A stretch of DNA of 63,327 nt, counting the filler. It is 4 parts of 4 records of this genome, joined end to end, with 100 filler letters (N's around TTAATTAATTAA, not from the genome) between each part and the next. Parts side by side here need not be neighbours in the genome. Positions count along the whole stretch, not along the records: positions 1 to 13,614 come from SRR22947725_4800; positions 13,715 to 34,294 come from SRR22947725_4804; 2 more parts are not named here. One strand, given 5' to 3'. This document shows positions 10,845 to 20,728 of the stretch, in pieces. The translations under genes were made by a program, and so were the position numbers. Below the pieces are notes generated by a model, which ran no database searches, was not told where the DNA came from, and worked only from the letters and a program-made list of their open reading frames with translations. How positions within the stretch are numbered: the first letter of the stretch is position 1; the number at the start of each line of letters is the position of its first letter.

Positions 10845-12391
10845 GCTTCCTTAGGATCTAATACGACATATGGTATAATCATTTCTTCCATCGAAATACC
10901 TCCATGCTGGTAGGTATCTTTAAAATATGAAACATAATGATTAAAGTTATTTGGATAAGCAAAGAAACTTTCATTTTTTGCAAAAATAAATGGACTATTA
11001 ATTGAAACAGATGGTAGACCGATTTTATTTGGCTCCATAAAAGAAATTACTTCTTTATAATTGAATGATAAACTTTTACCTGTTTTATATCTAAGATTTG
11101 AGCTTAAATCTTTGTTTCCAATTACTTTTGTTGGATTTTTCACGTTTATAGTACCATGGTCTGTAGTTATTATTAATTTAAAATTTAGTTCCGCAGCTTT
11201 CTTTATTATTCCCATTAGAGGAGAATTGTTAAACCAACTAGCAGTTAATGATCTGTAACTTTTATCATTGGAGGCTAGTTCTTTAATCATCTCCATTTCA
11301 GTTTTAGAATGAGATAACATATCAACAAAGTTGTATACTAAAGTAATTAAATCATTTTCAGTTTTAGATTTAAAATCATCTTCCAACTTTTTGCCATTGT
11401 TTAAATTCGTTATCTTAATGTATTCGTTTTTTAAATTAGATAACCCCAATTTTTTTAAATTTTCTTGTAATAATTCTTTTTCATAAAGATTTTTTCCTCC
11501 CTCTTCGTGGTCAAATTTCCAATATTGAGGAAATTTATTTTTTATATCTAACGGCATTAAGCCTGAAAATAAGGCATTTCTAGCATATTGAGTAGCTGTA
11601 GGTAGAATACTAAAATACGGCTCTTCCAAAATTTTGTTATAATATTTTAAAATGTAAGGCTCAATAGTTTTCCACTGATCATATCTTAGATTATCAATAA
11701 CCACAAATAAAGTTTTTTGAGAGGGAGATATTTCATTTGTTAATCTATCTGAAATTAGTCGATTTGAAAGTACTGGCTTATCCTCAAATCCATTGATCCA
11801 ATTTTCATAGTTGTTATCAATAAATTTTGAAAATGATTTATTACATTCAGTTTTTTGAGAAATTAATATCTCTTCCATTGTAGATTCACCAGTATCATTT
11901 AATCGAAGTTCCCAGTATATGAGTTTTAAATATAGATTTACCCAATCTTGATAACAATTAGCAGCGGATAAATCGTTTGAAATCTTTCTGAACTCTTGTT
12001 GGTAATTTGTTAAAGTTCTCTCTGAAACTAATTTAGACTGAGAGAGAGCTTTTTTTAGACTCAATAAGATTTGATTAGGATTAACCGGCTTAATTAAATA
12101 ATCAGATATTTTATTTCCTATTGCATCTTCCATTATGTTTTCTTCCTCACTTTTGGTAATCATTATTATTGGAACATTGTAGTCAAGCTCATTTATAATA
12201 TTTAAAACCTCCAATCCACTTAAACCAACCATGTTTTCATCTAATAATAGTGCTGAGTATTTATTTTTTTTAAACATCTCTATACCTTCAACTCCGTTAT
12301 TAGAAACATCTAATTTGTATCCCTTATTTTCAAGAAATATTATCAAGGGCTTTAATAAATCTATTTCATCATCAATCCAAAGAACTCTCAT
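10841..12391 (-). CDS. porX: REC + PglZ-domain response regulator (PorX type)
   Basis: WIDDEID and LLDENM receiver domain; IDNLRYDQW, LPTATQYARN, TTDHG, YQHGGIS alkaline-phosphatase-like domain; upstream of tsaE; start MRVLWIDD. Confidence 0.9.
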   Translation of the reverse strand: MRVLWIDDEIDLLKPLIIFLENKGYKLDVSNNGVEGIEMFKKNKYSALLLDENMVGLSGLEVLNIINELDYNVPIIMITKSEEENIMEDAIGNKISDYLIKPVNPNQILLSLKKALSQSKLVSERTLTNYQQEFRKISNDLSAANCYQDWVNLYLKLIYWELRLNDTGESTMEEILISQKTECNKSFSKFIDNNYENWINGFEDKPVLSNRLISDRLTNEISPSQKTLFVVIDNLRYDQWKTIEPYILKYYNKILEEPYFSILPTATQYARNALFSGLMPLDIKNKFPQYWKFDHEEGGKNLYEKELLQENLKKLGLSNLKNEYIKITNLNNGKKLEDDFKSKTENDLITLVYNFVDMLSHSKTEMEMIKELASNDKSYRSLTASWFNNSPLMGIIKKAAELNFKLIITTDHGTINVKNPTKVIGNKDLSSNLRYKTGKSLSFNYKEVISFMEPNKIGLPSVSINSPFIFAKNESFFAYPNNFNHYVSYFKDTYQHGGISMEEMIIPYVVLDPKEA

Positions 12392-12493
12392 GGTTAAGTA
12401 ATTATAATTATTTACATATATAAAACGTATAAATTTAAGCAATTATTATAATCATACATTATCAATTAACGTATGTTTTATCTTATTTTTTCA

Positions 12494-12501
12494 TATTTTT
12501 G
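12494..12501 (+). promoter_or_regulatory. Bacteroidetes -7 element for lpxD
   Basis: TATTTTTG ends 6 nt before ATG 12508. Confidence 0.55.
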
Positions 12502-12507
12502 CAGAGT

Positions 12508-13491
12508 ATGAATTATAGTGCCTTAAAATTAGCAGAATATTTAGACGGTAAAATACAAGGTGACCCTGATGTTAAGGTCACTAATATTGCTAAAATACAA
12601 GAGGCAAATAGAGATTCTGTTACATTTCTTTCAAATAAAAAATACAATCAGTATGTTTACAGCACTAAAGCTTCAATAATAGTAGTTGATAATGATTTTA
12701 ATATTGATAATCTTATTACGCCTGTAATTATTAGAGTTGAGAATGCATATATTGGTTTTGTTAAGATGTTGCATCTATTTAATAAAACTAAAGAAATTCA
12801 AGCAGGTATTAGTGAATTGTCTAACATCTCAGAAAGCTCAGATATTTCAAATAGTGTTTATATTGGTTCTTTTTCTACAATTTGCTCAAATACAAAACTT
12901 CATGAAAATGTAATAATTCATGAAAATGTTTTTATTGGAGAAAATGTAATAATTGGTAGTAACACTATTATTTATTCTGGAGTTAAAATCTTAAACGACT
13001 GTATTATTGGAAATAATTGTATAATTAATTCAAACTCTGTAATTGGATCTGATGGCTTTGGTTTTGCACCTGATAAAACGGGTACTTATATCAAAATACC
13101 TCAAATTGGAAATGTTATTATTAAAGATAATGTAAGTGTTGGGGCTTTGACTACAATAGATAGGGCTACCTTAGGATCTACAATTGTAAATGAGGGAGTT
13201 AAATTAGATAACCAAGTTCAAATAGCACACAATGTTATTATTGGAAAAAATACTGTAATTGCAGCTCAATCTGGTATTGCTGGTTCATCTATTATTGGAG
13301 AAAACTGTCAGTTAGGTGGACAATCCGGAGTTAGTGGACATCTTAATATTGGGGATAACGTCAAAATCATGGGTAAATCTGCAGTTACTAACAATATTAA
13401 AAGCAATACAACTGTTAAAGGTTCTCCTGCATTTAACTCTACAGATTTTAACAGATCTTATGTGCACTTTAAAAATTTAAATAATAAATAA
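12508..13491 (+). CDS. lpxD: UDP-3-O-(3-hydroxyacyl)glucosamine N-acyltransferase
   Basis: Hexapeptide repeats, IGSDGFGFAP, TTIDRATLG, KLDNQVQIAHN. Confidence 0.95.
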   Translation: MNYSALKLAEYLDGKIQGDPDVKVTNIAKIQEANRDSVTFLSNKKYNQYVYSTKASIIVVDNDFNIDNLITPVIIRVENAYIGFVKMLHLFNKTKEIQAGISELSNISESSDISNSVYIGSFSTICSNTKLHENVIIHENVFIGENVIIGSNTIIYSGVKILNDCIIGNNCIINSNSVIGSDGFGFAPDKTGTYIKIPQIGNVIIKDNVSVGALTTIDRATLGSTIVNEGVKLDNQVQIAHNVIIGKNTVIAAQSGIAGSSIIGENCQLGGQSGVSGHLNIGDNVKIMGKSAVTNNIKSNTTVKGSPAFNSTDFNRSYVHFKNLNNK

Positions 13492-13614
13492 TGATTACTA
13501 CCGAAATAAAACAAACTACAATATCCAAACCTATCTCGCTAAGTGGAGTTGGTTTACATACTGGACAAGAAGTTAAATTAACATTTATTCCTGCTAAAGC
13601 TGATAATGGATATA
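13491..13614 (+). CDS. lpxC: LpxC, probably LpxC/FabZ fusion (3' truncated; absent from ORF track)
   Basis: Hand translation MITTEIKQTTISKPISLSGVGLHTGQEVKLTFIPA contains the LpxC N-terminal GVGLHTG motif. Confidence 0.9.
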
Positions 13615-13714
13615 NNNNNNNNNNNNNNNNNNNNNNNNNNNNNNNNNNNNNNNNNNNNTTAATTAATTAANNNNNNNNNNNNNNNNNNNNNNNNNNNNNN
13701 NNNNNNNNNNNNNN
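13615..13714. other. Artificial contig linker
   Basis: 44 N + TTAATTAATTAA (stops in all six frames) + 44 N; composition shifts across it. Confidence 0.99.
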
Positions 13715-14061
13715 AGTGTGAGTGGCTCATGTGAAAATGGTTTCTGATCCATCGTTCCACTTGATCGCTACTTCGTTTCCGATCAAATCGAGTTGTTCTG
13801 GTTTCAATTGCATGATTTCGTCAGGAGAAGCATGTCACTCTGCTTTCGGGTTTGCAAGGTAGGGAACGATAAAATACTTCCAAACGATCTCAAAAAGATG
13901 AGGCAGGGGTTTCTGCAAAGATTTTTCCATGCTGGGGGCTCTATCGGAGATGGAAACGGGATGTTGAAATATGAAACAATCAAAAGTATTGATAGTTGGG
14001 ACTGACCCCATATGTTTTTTTTGGTGATTTCGAGGTATTTTGATAATGTTTCAATCACAAA

Positions 14062-15870
14062 ATGAATCAACAAGAGCTTCCATCCGGTCAGCCCAGCAAA
14101 GGTTCCTTGAGTGTGTTCAAGCGTGTTTTGTTTTCCTTGACAGCTGTTGCACTCGCTTTGGGTTTGCTCGAAGCAGGACTTGCCTTGATTGGTATTCAGC
14201 CTGAATCCTATTTGCCCGATCCTTATGTCGGCTTTGAATCGACCTCAAGTCTGTTTGTCGAAACTCGGTCCACGGAAGGAAAGGTTTATCTCCAAACCGC
14301 AAAAAACCGCCTTCAGTTGTTCAACGATCAAAAATTTCCTTTGATCAAGGAGAAGGGAATCATCCGTATTTTTTCCATGGGAGGTTCCACGACCTTCGGG
14401 CGACCTTACATGGACGATACTTCTTTTAACGGTTGGATGAGGGCTTATCTAGGGGAATTAGCGCCTGATCAGAAATTTGAAGTGATCAATGCGGGAGGCG
14501 TCAGTTACGCAAGTTATCGGGTGGCCAAATTAATGGAAGAGTTGATTCAATATGCACCCGATATTTTTGTCATTTATACCGGGCATAACGAATTCCTTGA
14601 AGAACGCATCTACAGCAAGGTACCCAAGGTCCCAAGGTCACTGAAAGGTTTAACCCGGTTGGCAAGAAATTTCCGGTCGGCAAGCCTGATCAAAAAAACC
14701 GTTTCGCCGCTGACTTCAGCAGGAAAGGAAGATGCCAAAGCCTCCAGGTTACTCAAGGGGGAAGTAGATGCGCTCTTGGATAACTCGGTTGGGCCTAATG
14801 TTTACACAAGAGACAAAGAAGCTCAAGCACGTGCGATGGAGCACTACCGGTTCAATCTCCTCAGAATGGTTGATATGGCCGAATCGGTGGGTGCGCATGT
14901 CATGCTGATCACCCCTTCAGACAACTTGAGAGATGTCTCACCGTTCAAAAGTGACTTCAATGAGAAGCTCTCACTCGAACAACGGAAGTCATGGAAACAA
15001 TACTACGATCAGGCGCGTCAGGCTTATGCTGAACAAAATGCCGAATTGGCGCTACAATCAATCGCTGCAGCGGAAGCGATTGATGCGCTCCCTGCATCAC
15101 TGCATTTTGTAAAGGGGCGTATATTTGAAGCCATTGGAAAAATGGATGAGGCTGTAAAATCATACAAGCGTGCCCGGGATGAAGACGTATGTCCCCTCAG
15201 AGCCTTGAGCCCGGTTCAATCGATTCTAGCTGATGTGGTCTCAGACACGGAAGTTCCCCTGGTAGACTTTGTGGCTTTGCAGTCAAGATTATCCAGAAAT
15301 GGAATTCCGGGATCAGACGTCTTTCTTGATCACGTACATCCCACCATAGAATCACATCGCCTGCTCGCTCTTGAACTCCTTGAGACCATGGACCGAAATA
15401 ACTGGATCAATCTGAAGCAGGAAGATCTCCTTGTCGCGCAGGTGACCCAGTCGGTCATGGATGGGGTAGACAGGGCGGAGCACGCCTTTGCCATGATGAA
15501 TCTGGCAAAAGTTCTGGGGTGGGCGGGCAAGCGTCAAGAGGCTTATGCTGCCAGCAAGAAATCGGTTGAGTTAAATTCCAAATCTTCCAACGGACAATTT
15601 CAAGCAGGCTTGGCAGCTTTTCTGGCGGACAAACTGGACGAGGCGATGATGCATTACCGTCATGCCTTGCGCCTGGATCCGTCGCACTCTGATGCACATT
15701 GCAATTTGGGAGGACTACTCGAAGACAATGGAGAAATTGAGTCTGCCGTGTATCATTTTGAGAAAGCTCTACTGCATGGAGGAGAGCATGGTCGAGAGCG
15801 TAACAAGCAAAACCTCGCCAATGCCCTGAAGAAAATGGATCAAAAAAATCCCAATTCAATATCTAACTGA
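14062..15870 (+). CDS. SGNH/GDSL hydrolase-like protein with TPR repeats
   Basis: N-terminal TM; GGSTTFG, INAG, GHNE, DHVHP blocks; internal and C-terminal TPRs. Confidence 0.8.
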   Translation: MNQQELPSGQPSKGSLSVFKRVLFSLTAVALALGLLEAGLALIGIQPESYLPDPYVGFESTSSLFVETRSTEGKVYLQTAKNRLQLFNDQKFPLIKEKGIIRIFSMGGSTTFGRPYMDDTSFNGWMRAYLGELAPDQKFEVINAGGVSYASYRVAKLMEELIQYAPDIFVIYTGHNEFLEERIYSKVPKVPRSLKGLTRLARNFRSASLIKKTVSPLTSAGKEDAKASRLLKGEVDALLDNSVGPNVYTRDKEAQARAMEHYRFNLLRMVDMAESVGAHVMLITPSDNLRDVSPFKSDFNEKLSLEQRKSWKQYYDQARQAYAEQNAELALQSIAAAEAIDALPASLHFVKGRIFEAIGKMDEAVKSYKRARDEDVCPLRALSPVQSILADVVSDTEVPLVDFVALQSRLSRNGIPGSDVFLDHVHPTIESHRLLALELLETMDRNNWINLKQEDLLVAQVTQSVMDGVDRAEHAFAMMNLAKVLGWAGKRQEAYAASKKSVELNSKSSNGQFQAGLAAFLADKLDEAMMHYRHALRLDPSHSDAHCNLGGLLEDNGEIESAVYHFEKALLHGGEHGRERNKQNLANALKKMDQKNPNSISN

Positions 15871-16137
15871 AGGCCCTGTGTTTTTTTCAATCTGAAACGA
15901 CGCAGCCCGTTTAAATCTCCATTTCATAATAAAATAAATTTTTAGGCTTGCGTTACTTGGTAGCGCCCCCTATGTATTTGCACCCGCAGAGAATTGCTCG
16001 TTTCAAATTCCTCGTTCATTCGCTGCACTATCTGGAGCTTAGCGCCCCTGATTTATTGCTGCAATTAATTGACAGCACATTTTCCTCAGAGTCCGGTGGG
16101 TGGAGAAGAATGTTGTTCACCGGACCCTAATATATAC

Positions 16138-17556
16138 ATGAGATCATACAATAATGGAGAACGGAATCACAGCCGTTCCTCCAGTCAAAATACGTTCAAG
16201 ACACCAGGTTCAAACAATCCTGATACATCAATAGAAACATCGGATGCCCCTGAAGTGGACACATTGAAAAATGCGGATCCTGTTTTTGGAATGTTATTGC
16301 CCGAAATCAAGCGAGCCCTGAAAAAACAGGCTTACACAAAACCTACTGAGATTCAGCGCCAATGCATTCCCCCGCTACTTGACGGTTGCGATCTACTGGG
16401 AAGCGCGCAAACTGGCACTGGGAAAACTGCAGCCTTCACCTTGCCGTTGCTTCAATACGTCGCCAGTCACCCCAAACCTTATCGTAGCAAGAATGCACGC
16501 GTGCTTATTCTGGCGCCTACCCGAGAACTGGCGATTCAAATCAGGGAAAGTATTCAGACTTACGGTGCTTATCTCAGTATTCGAGACACGGTTGTTTACG
16601 GAGGGGTAAGTCAGCGCCCTCAGGAGAAAGACATGCGCAGGGGCGTTGACTTTTTGGTAGCGACTCCAGGTCGCTTGATGGATCTTGTTGGCCAGGGAGT
16701 CATTCGACTAGATACCATTGAAGCGCTGGTCCTTGATGAAGCGGATCGCATGCTCGATATGGGTTTCATTCACGATATCAGGCGCATCATGGCATTGCTG
16801 CCAAAGAAACGCCAATCCCTCTTTTTCTCCGCGACCATTTCCAGGGAGATTAAAAAGCTCTCTGAAGAGTTGCTCTCAAATCCGGTTTCGGTTGCTATCG
16901 CCCCAAAGGAGCCAACGGTAGACAGGATTAATCAAAAAGTCTTTTTTGTTGATAATAAAAAGAAATATTCACTGTTATTATCCTTATTGGAAGAACGTGA
17001 GACCAAGAAAGTGATTATTTTCACTCAAATGAAACACACAGCCAATAAATTGGCTGAGAAACTCGGTAAGTCAGGAGTGCGATCGTCCGCTATTCACGGC
17101 AATAAGAGTCAAACGGCTCGGATGAAAGCACTGGATGGTTTCAGGTCTGGAAGGTTGCGGGTATTGGTGGCTACCGACGTAGCCGCGAGAGGCATTGATG
17201 TAGATGGAATCACGCATGTGATTAACTACCAATTACCCAAAGAGCCCGAGACCTATGTTCATCGTATTGGGAGAACAGCCAGGGCAGAGAAAGACGGAGC
17301 AGCTCTGTCGTTCTGTTCTGCAGATGAGCGGGGACTGCTGATGGGAATTGAGCGAATGATTCGAAAGTCCATTGATGCTGATCACGACCACCCTTTTCAT
17401 TGTCCAATCGCAGCTCGGCCGGCATCCTCAAATAAAGCCAAGGCTGGCAATTCGAGTAACACTCGTTCAGGAGGAAGACGCCCTAAATCAGGCCCAAGAT
17501 CTTGGCGGAATACGAACAATGACCGCAGAGGGGGATCGAGATTCAGGGCTGCATAG
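16138..17556 (+). CDS. rhlE: DEAD-box RNA helicase (RhlE-like)
   Basis: AQTGTGKT, PTRELA, DEAD, SAT, ARGID, HRIGRTAR; basic C-terminal tail; ATG 16138 preferred over TTG 16069. Confidence 0.9.
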   Translation: MRSYNNGERNHSRSSSQNTFKTPGSNNPDTSIETSDAPEVDTLKNADPVFGMLLPEIKRALKKQAYTKPTEIQRQCIPPLLDGCDLLGSAQTGTGKTAAFTLPLLQYVASHPKPYRSKNARVLILAPTRELAIQIRESIQTYGAYLSIRDTVVYGGVSQRPQEKDMRRGVDFLVATPGRLMDLVGQGVIRLDTIEALVLDEADRMLDMGFIHDIRRIMALLPKKRQSLFFSATISREIKKLSEELLSNPVSVAIAPKEPTVDRINQKVFFVDNKKKYSLLLSLLEERETKKVIIFTQMKHTANKLAEKLGKSGVRSSAIHGNKSQTARMKALDGFRSGRLRVLVATDVAARGIDVDGITHVINYQLPKEPETYVHRIGRTARAEKDGAALSFCSADERGLLMGIERMIRKSIDADHDHPFHCPIAARPASSNKAKAGNSSNTRSGGRRPKSGPRSWRNTNNDRRGGSRFRAA

Positions 17557-17698
17557 CGTCACAAAAACTTGTTATTTTTCACACCTTGTCATTTGATGTT
17601 CTTTTCAAATGGCAAGGTGTTTTGTTTTGTGCGTTCACTTTCTCTTTTTCTTTTGAGTGGTGACATCTTCAAAAGGCCTGGCAAACTATTTTAAATTT

Positions 17699-18949
17699 AT
17701 GTTGAAGTTAGAAAAGTATTCCATTGGTGTTGGAGATCGCTTTGCTCATCAGGCAAAAGCACAATTGAACGCGTGCCAGTTATTATTAAACGAAGGCGTG
17801 GAGGTTGCGCCCGTGTGGAATAAGTCCAATCGTGAGCACAGCTTTATTGGCTCCGAGCCTGCTTCAGTAATGGACGCAGCCGAGCAAGCGGTATCTTCTC
17901 TTGGCTGGGAAAAAGGCTGGCATGTCGATGCGGATCACATCGGAATCAAAACGGTGGACCGATTTCTTCCGCATTCTGACTTTTTCACCATTGATGTTGC
18001 CGACTTCATTGGTCAGGAAACTCCAGCAGAGACCGTCGAAAGTTTCATGGAACGGCATCCGGAGTTGGTGGGTTCCATTGCGGTTGAGGGTGTGGATGAG
18101 CCGCTTGATATCAGTCGGGAAGAAGTGCAGCGTGTCGCCAAACAATACCTGCTTGCGGTCAGGGAAGCCGGTAATGTCTATCGCTACATTCTGGACAAGC
18201 GCAAAGCCGATGATTTTATTGCCGAGATCTCCATGGATGAGACAGACGCCCCGCAAACTCCTCCTGAATTGTTGATCATTCTTGCGGCAATTGCTGATGA
18301 AGGTATTCCAGCTCAAACCATCGCTCCGAAGTTTACCGGTCGTTTCAACAAAGGGGTGGATTACGTAGGAGATCTTGCACAATTCGAAAAGGAATTTAAT
18401 GATGATCTTGCAGTCATCGCTTTTGCAATAGACAAGTATGGCCTTCCTGAAAACTTGAAATTAAGTGTACATAGTGGAAGTGACAAGTTCAGTCTTTACC
18501 CCATCATTCGCAAAGCACTCCAGAAGACAGGAGCCGGGGTCCATTTGAAAACAGCAGGAACAACTTGGCTGGAAGAGATGATCGGGTTATCCGAAGCAGG
18601 AGGCGATGGTTTGTTGCTTGCCAAGGAAATCTACGGATATGCGCTGGAAAATGTGGATTCACTTTGTGAGCCTTATGCTTCGGTGATTGATATCGATCGA
18701 TCCAGACTTCCTTCGATTGAGACAGTCAATGCCTGGACAGGAGAACAGTTGGCAAATGCCCTGAGACACATACAAGGCCATCCCGATTTCAATGATAATG
18801 TGCGTCAACTGATTCACATTTCATTCAAGGTGGCAGCCCAGACGGGTGATCGATATTTGAATTTGCTGAAGGCGAATGAGGAGATTGTAGGGAAAAATGT
18901 GACAGAAAATATCTACGAGCGTCACCTCAAGCCACTTTTTCTAGGGTAA
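17699..18949 (+). CDS. uxaE: Tagaturonate/fructuronate epimerase
   Basis: SIGVGDRF, VDADH, EISMDET, FNKGVDY, KLSVHSGSDKF, HLKTAGTTWLE. Confidence 0.88.
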   Translation: MLKLEKYSIGVGDRFAHQAKAQLNACQLLLNEGVEVAPVWNKSNREHSFIGSEPASVMDAAEQAVSSLGWEKGWHVDADHIGIKTVDRFLPHSDFFTIDVADFIGQETPAETVESFMERHPELVGSIAVEGVDEPLDISREEVQRVAKQYLLAVREAGNVYRYILDKRKADDFIAEISMDETDAPQTPPELLIILAAIADEGIPAQTIAPKFTGRFNKGVDYVGDLAQFEKEFNDDLAVIAFAIDKYGLPENLKLSVHSGSDKFSLYPIIRKALQKTGAGVHLKTAGTTWLEEMIGLSEAGGDGLLLAKEIYGYALENVDSLCEPYASVIDIDRSRLPSIETVNAWTGEQLANALRHIQGHPDFNDNVRQLIHISFKVAAQTGDRYLNLLKANEEIVGKNVTENIYERHLKPLFLG

Positions 18950-19001
18950 GTTCTCCGTGGTGACCGAACATGCCGTGCAAATGTTCGCATTGCAAAATCA
19001 G

Positions 19002-20684
19002 ATGATGAAATATCTATACATTCTGGTCTTCTCACTTATTGGGCTGATGAGCCAAGTTCATGGGGGGAGATCTGCTCCAAATATCCTGTTCATCATGTCT
19101 GATGACCATACCGCACAAGCGATAGGAACGTATGCGACAGTATTAAAGGATCTCAATCCCACACCGACCATCGACTCCCTGGCTGAAGAGGGGATCGTTT
19201 TTGAGAACGCCTTTTGCGTCAATGCTATTTGCACTCCAAGCCGGGCGTGTATCATAACGGGGCAATACCCTCACGTGAATGGGGTCTTTGATTTGGGTGG
19301 CCATATCAAACCAGCGCGTCAGGCATTGCCTGTTCTAATGAGGCAAGCAGGATACCAGACAGCGATCATCGGTAAGTGGCACCTGAAGCAGGAGCCAAAT
19401 TTTGACTACTATAAAGTCCTCCCTCGTCAGGGGAAATATAACGATCCTGAATTCAGAGTGAAGGGGGCGGAATCGTGGCCCAAAAATGTGGTCACCCATG
19501 AAGGGCAACATTCTTCTGATGCGATCACGGATTCCACGCTTGAGTGGTTCAAAAATGAGCGTGATCCAAACACACCGTTTTTTGTCTGTCATCAGTTCAA
19601 AGCACCGCATGATTTCTTTGAAAACGCCAAACGATACCAATCTTATCTGGCCGATGTTGAAATCCCCGAACCGGAGACGCTTTATGATGTGCCTGCATCC
19701 TTTGGCTCTCTTGCCACGCGCGGCCATGAGGATGAGTTGCTGTCTCACATGGGTACCTCCATTGGTAAACGCAATCCTCGTCGCTCCTATGCGGTTGATT
19801 TGAAGAAGAGATTTCCTGAGGAATTCCCATTGAATTATAATGTAGAAACGATGAGTGAGCGTGAAACAACGCGACTCGCCTATCAGGCGTACCTTAAAAA
19901 ATATCTACGTTGTGTGAAAGGTGTGGATGACAATCTTCGTCGCCTGTTTGATTACCTCAAAGCTGAGGGACTCTATGATAATACCGTCATTATCTACACC
20001 GGAGATCAAGGTTTTTGGCTGGGAGAGAATGATTATCAGGACAAACGCTGGGCCTATGATCCGTCCATGCGCATGCCGCTCATCGTAAGGTATCCGAAAT
20101 CCATTCCTGCTGGTAAGCGCAGTGATGCCATTATCGAAAATGTCGACTTTCCAGCCATGATGCTGGATTTCGCCGGCATGGAGTTGCCTGCATCCATGCA
20201 GGGACGTTCCTTTAAGACGATATGCGAAAGTGGGGGGGAAGAACCACAAGGATGGAAAAAGGCTGCATACTATCGTTATTGGATGCACATGGCCCATCAT
20301 GACAATCCGGGTGAAATGGCCATGCGCACGAAAAAACATAAACTGATTTTCTTTTATGGTTGTGACTACAATGGTGGCAATCAAACGCCACCGGCCTGGG
20401 AGCTATATGATTTGGAACAGGATCCCAGCGAACTCAACAACGTCTATGATCACCCGGCCTACCGTCAGATCCGTAATGACTTGAAAAAGCAATTTGCCAC
20501 CTTGAGACAACATGTAGGGGATGATGGTAGCCACCATCCTGAATGTGAAAAAGTTGTTCAGGAATTCTGGGATTATGATTCAGATGATCGGGAAAAAGCG
20601 ATTCAACTTTCACGGCAATTCAAAATGCGTCGTGAACAAAATCTGCGGCTTTCAGGCGCCCGACCCCCTGTACAGAGAAAATAA
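19002..20684 (+). CDS. Secreted formylglycine-dependent sulfatase
   Basis: Signal peptide, PNILFIMSDD, CTPSRA (CxPxR), GKWHL, GDQG, DKR. Confidence 0.93.
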   Translation: MMKYLYILVFSLIGLMSQVHGGRSAPNILFIMSDDHTAQAIGTYATVLKDLNPTPTIDSLAEEGIVFENAFCVNAICTPSRACIITGQYPHVNGVFDLGGHIKPARQALPVLMRQAGYQTAIIGKWHLKQEPNFDYYKVLPRQGKYNDPEFRVKGAESWPKNVVTHEGQHSSDAITDSTLEWFKNERDPNTPFFVCHQFKAPHDFFENAKRYQSYLADVEIPEPETLYDVPASFGSLATRGHEDELLSHMGTSIGKRNPRRSYAVDLKKRFPEEFPLNYNVETMSERETTRLAYQAYLKKYLRCVKGVDDNLRRLFDYLKAEGLYDNTVIIYTGDQGFWLGENDYQDKRWAYDPSMRMPLIVRYPKSIPAGKRSDAIIENVDFPAMMLDFAGMELPASMQGRSFKTICESGGEEPQGWKKAAYYRYWMHMAHHDNPGEMAMRTKKHKLIFFYGCDYNGGNQTPPAWELYDLEQDPSELNNVYDHPAYRQIRNDLKKQFATLRQHVGDDGSHHPECEKVVQEFWDYDSDDREKAIQLSRQFKMRREQNLRLSGARPPVQRK

Positions 20685-20728
20685 GTGTCTTGTTGTATTA
20701 CCCTTACAACTTAAAAATAATCCAGACC

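Noticed and set aside
10841..12391. PglZ domain suggesting a BREX/Pgl defence system
   Set aside because: It is fused to a receiver domain and sits before tsaE, which is the housekeeping PorX arrangement; no brx genes are nearby.
13715..14061. Short ORFs 13793-14005 and 13804-14073, and a possible minus-strand start (MSHSH) at 13730
   Set aside because: No recognisable motifs; the edge fragment is too short to call.
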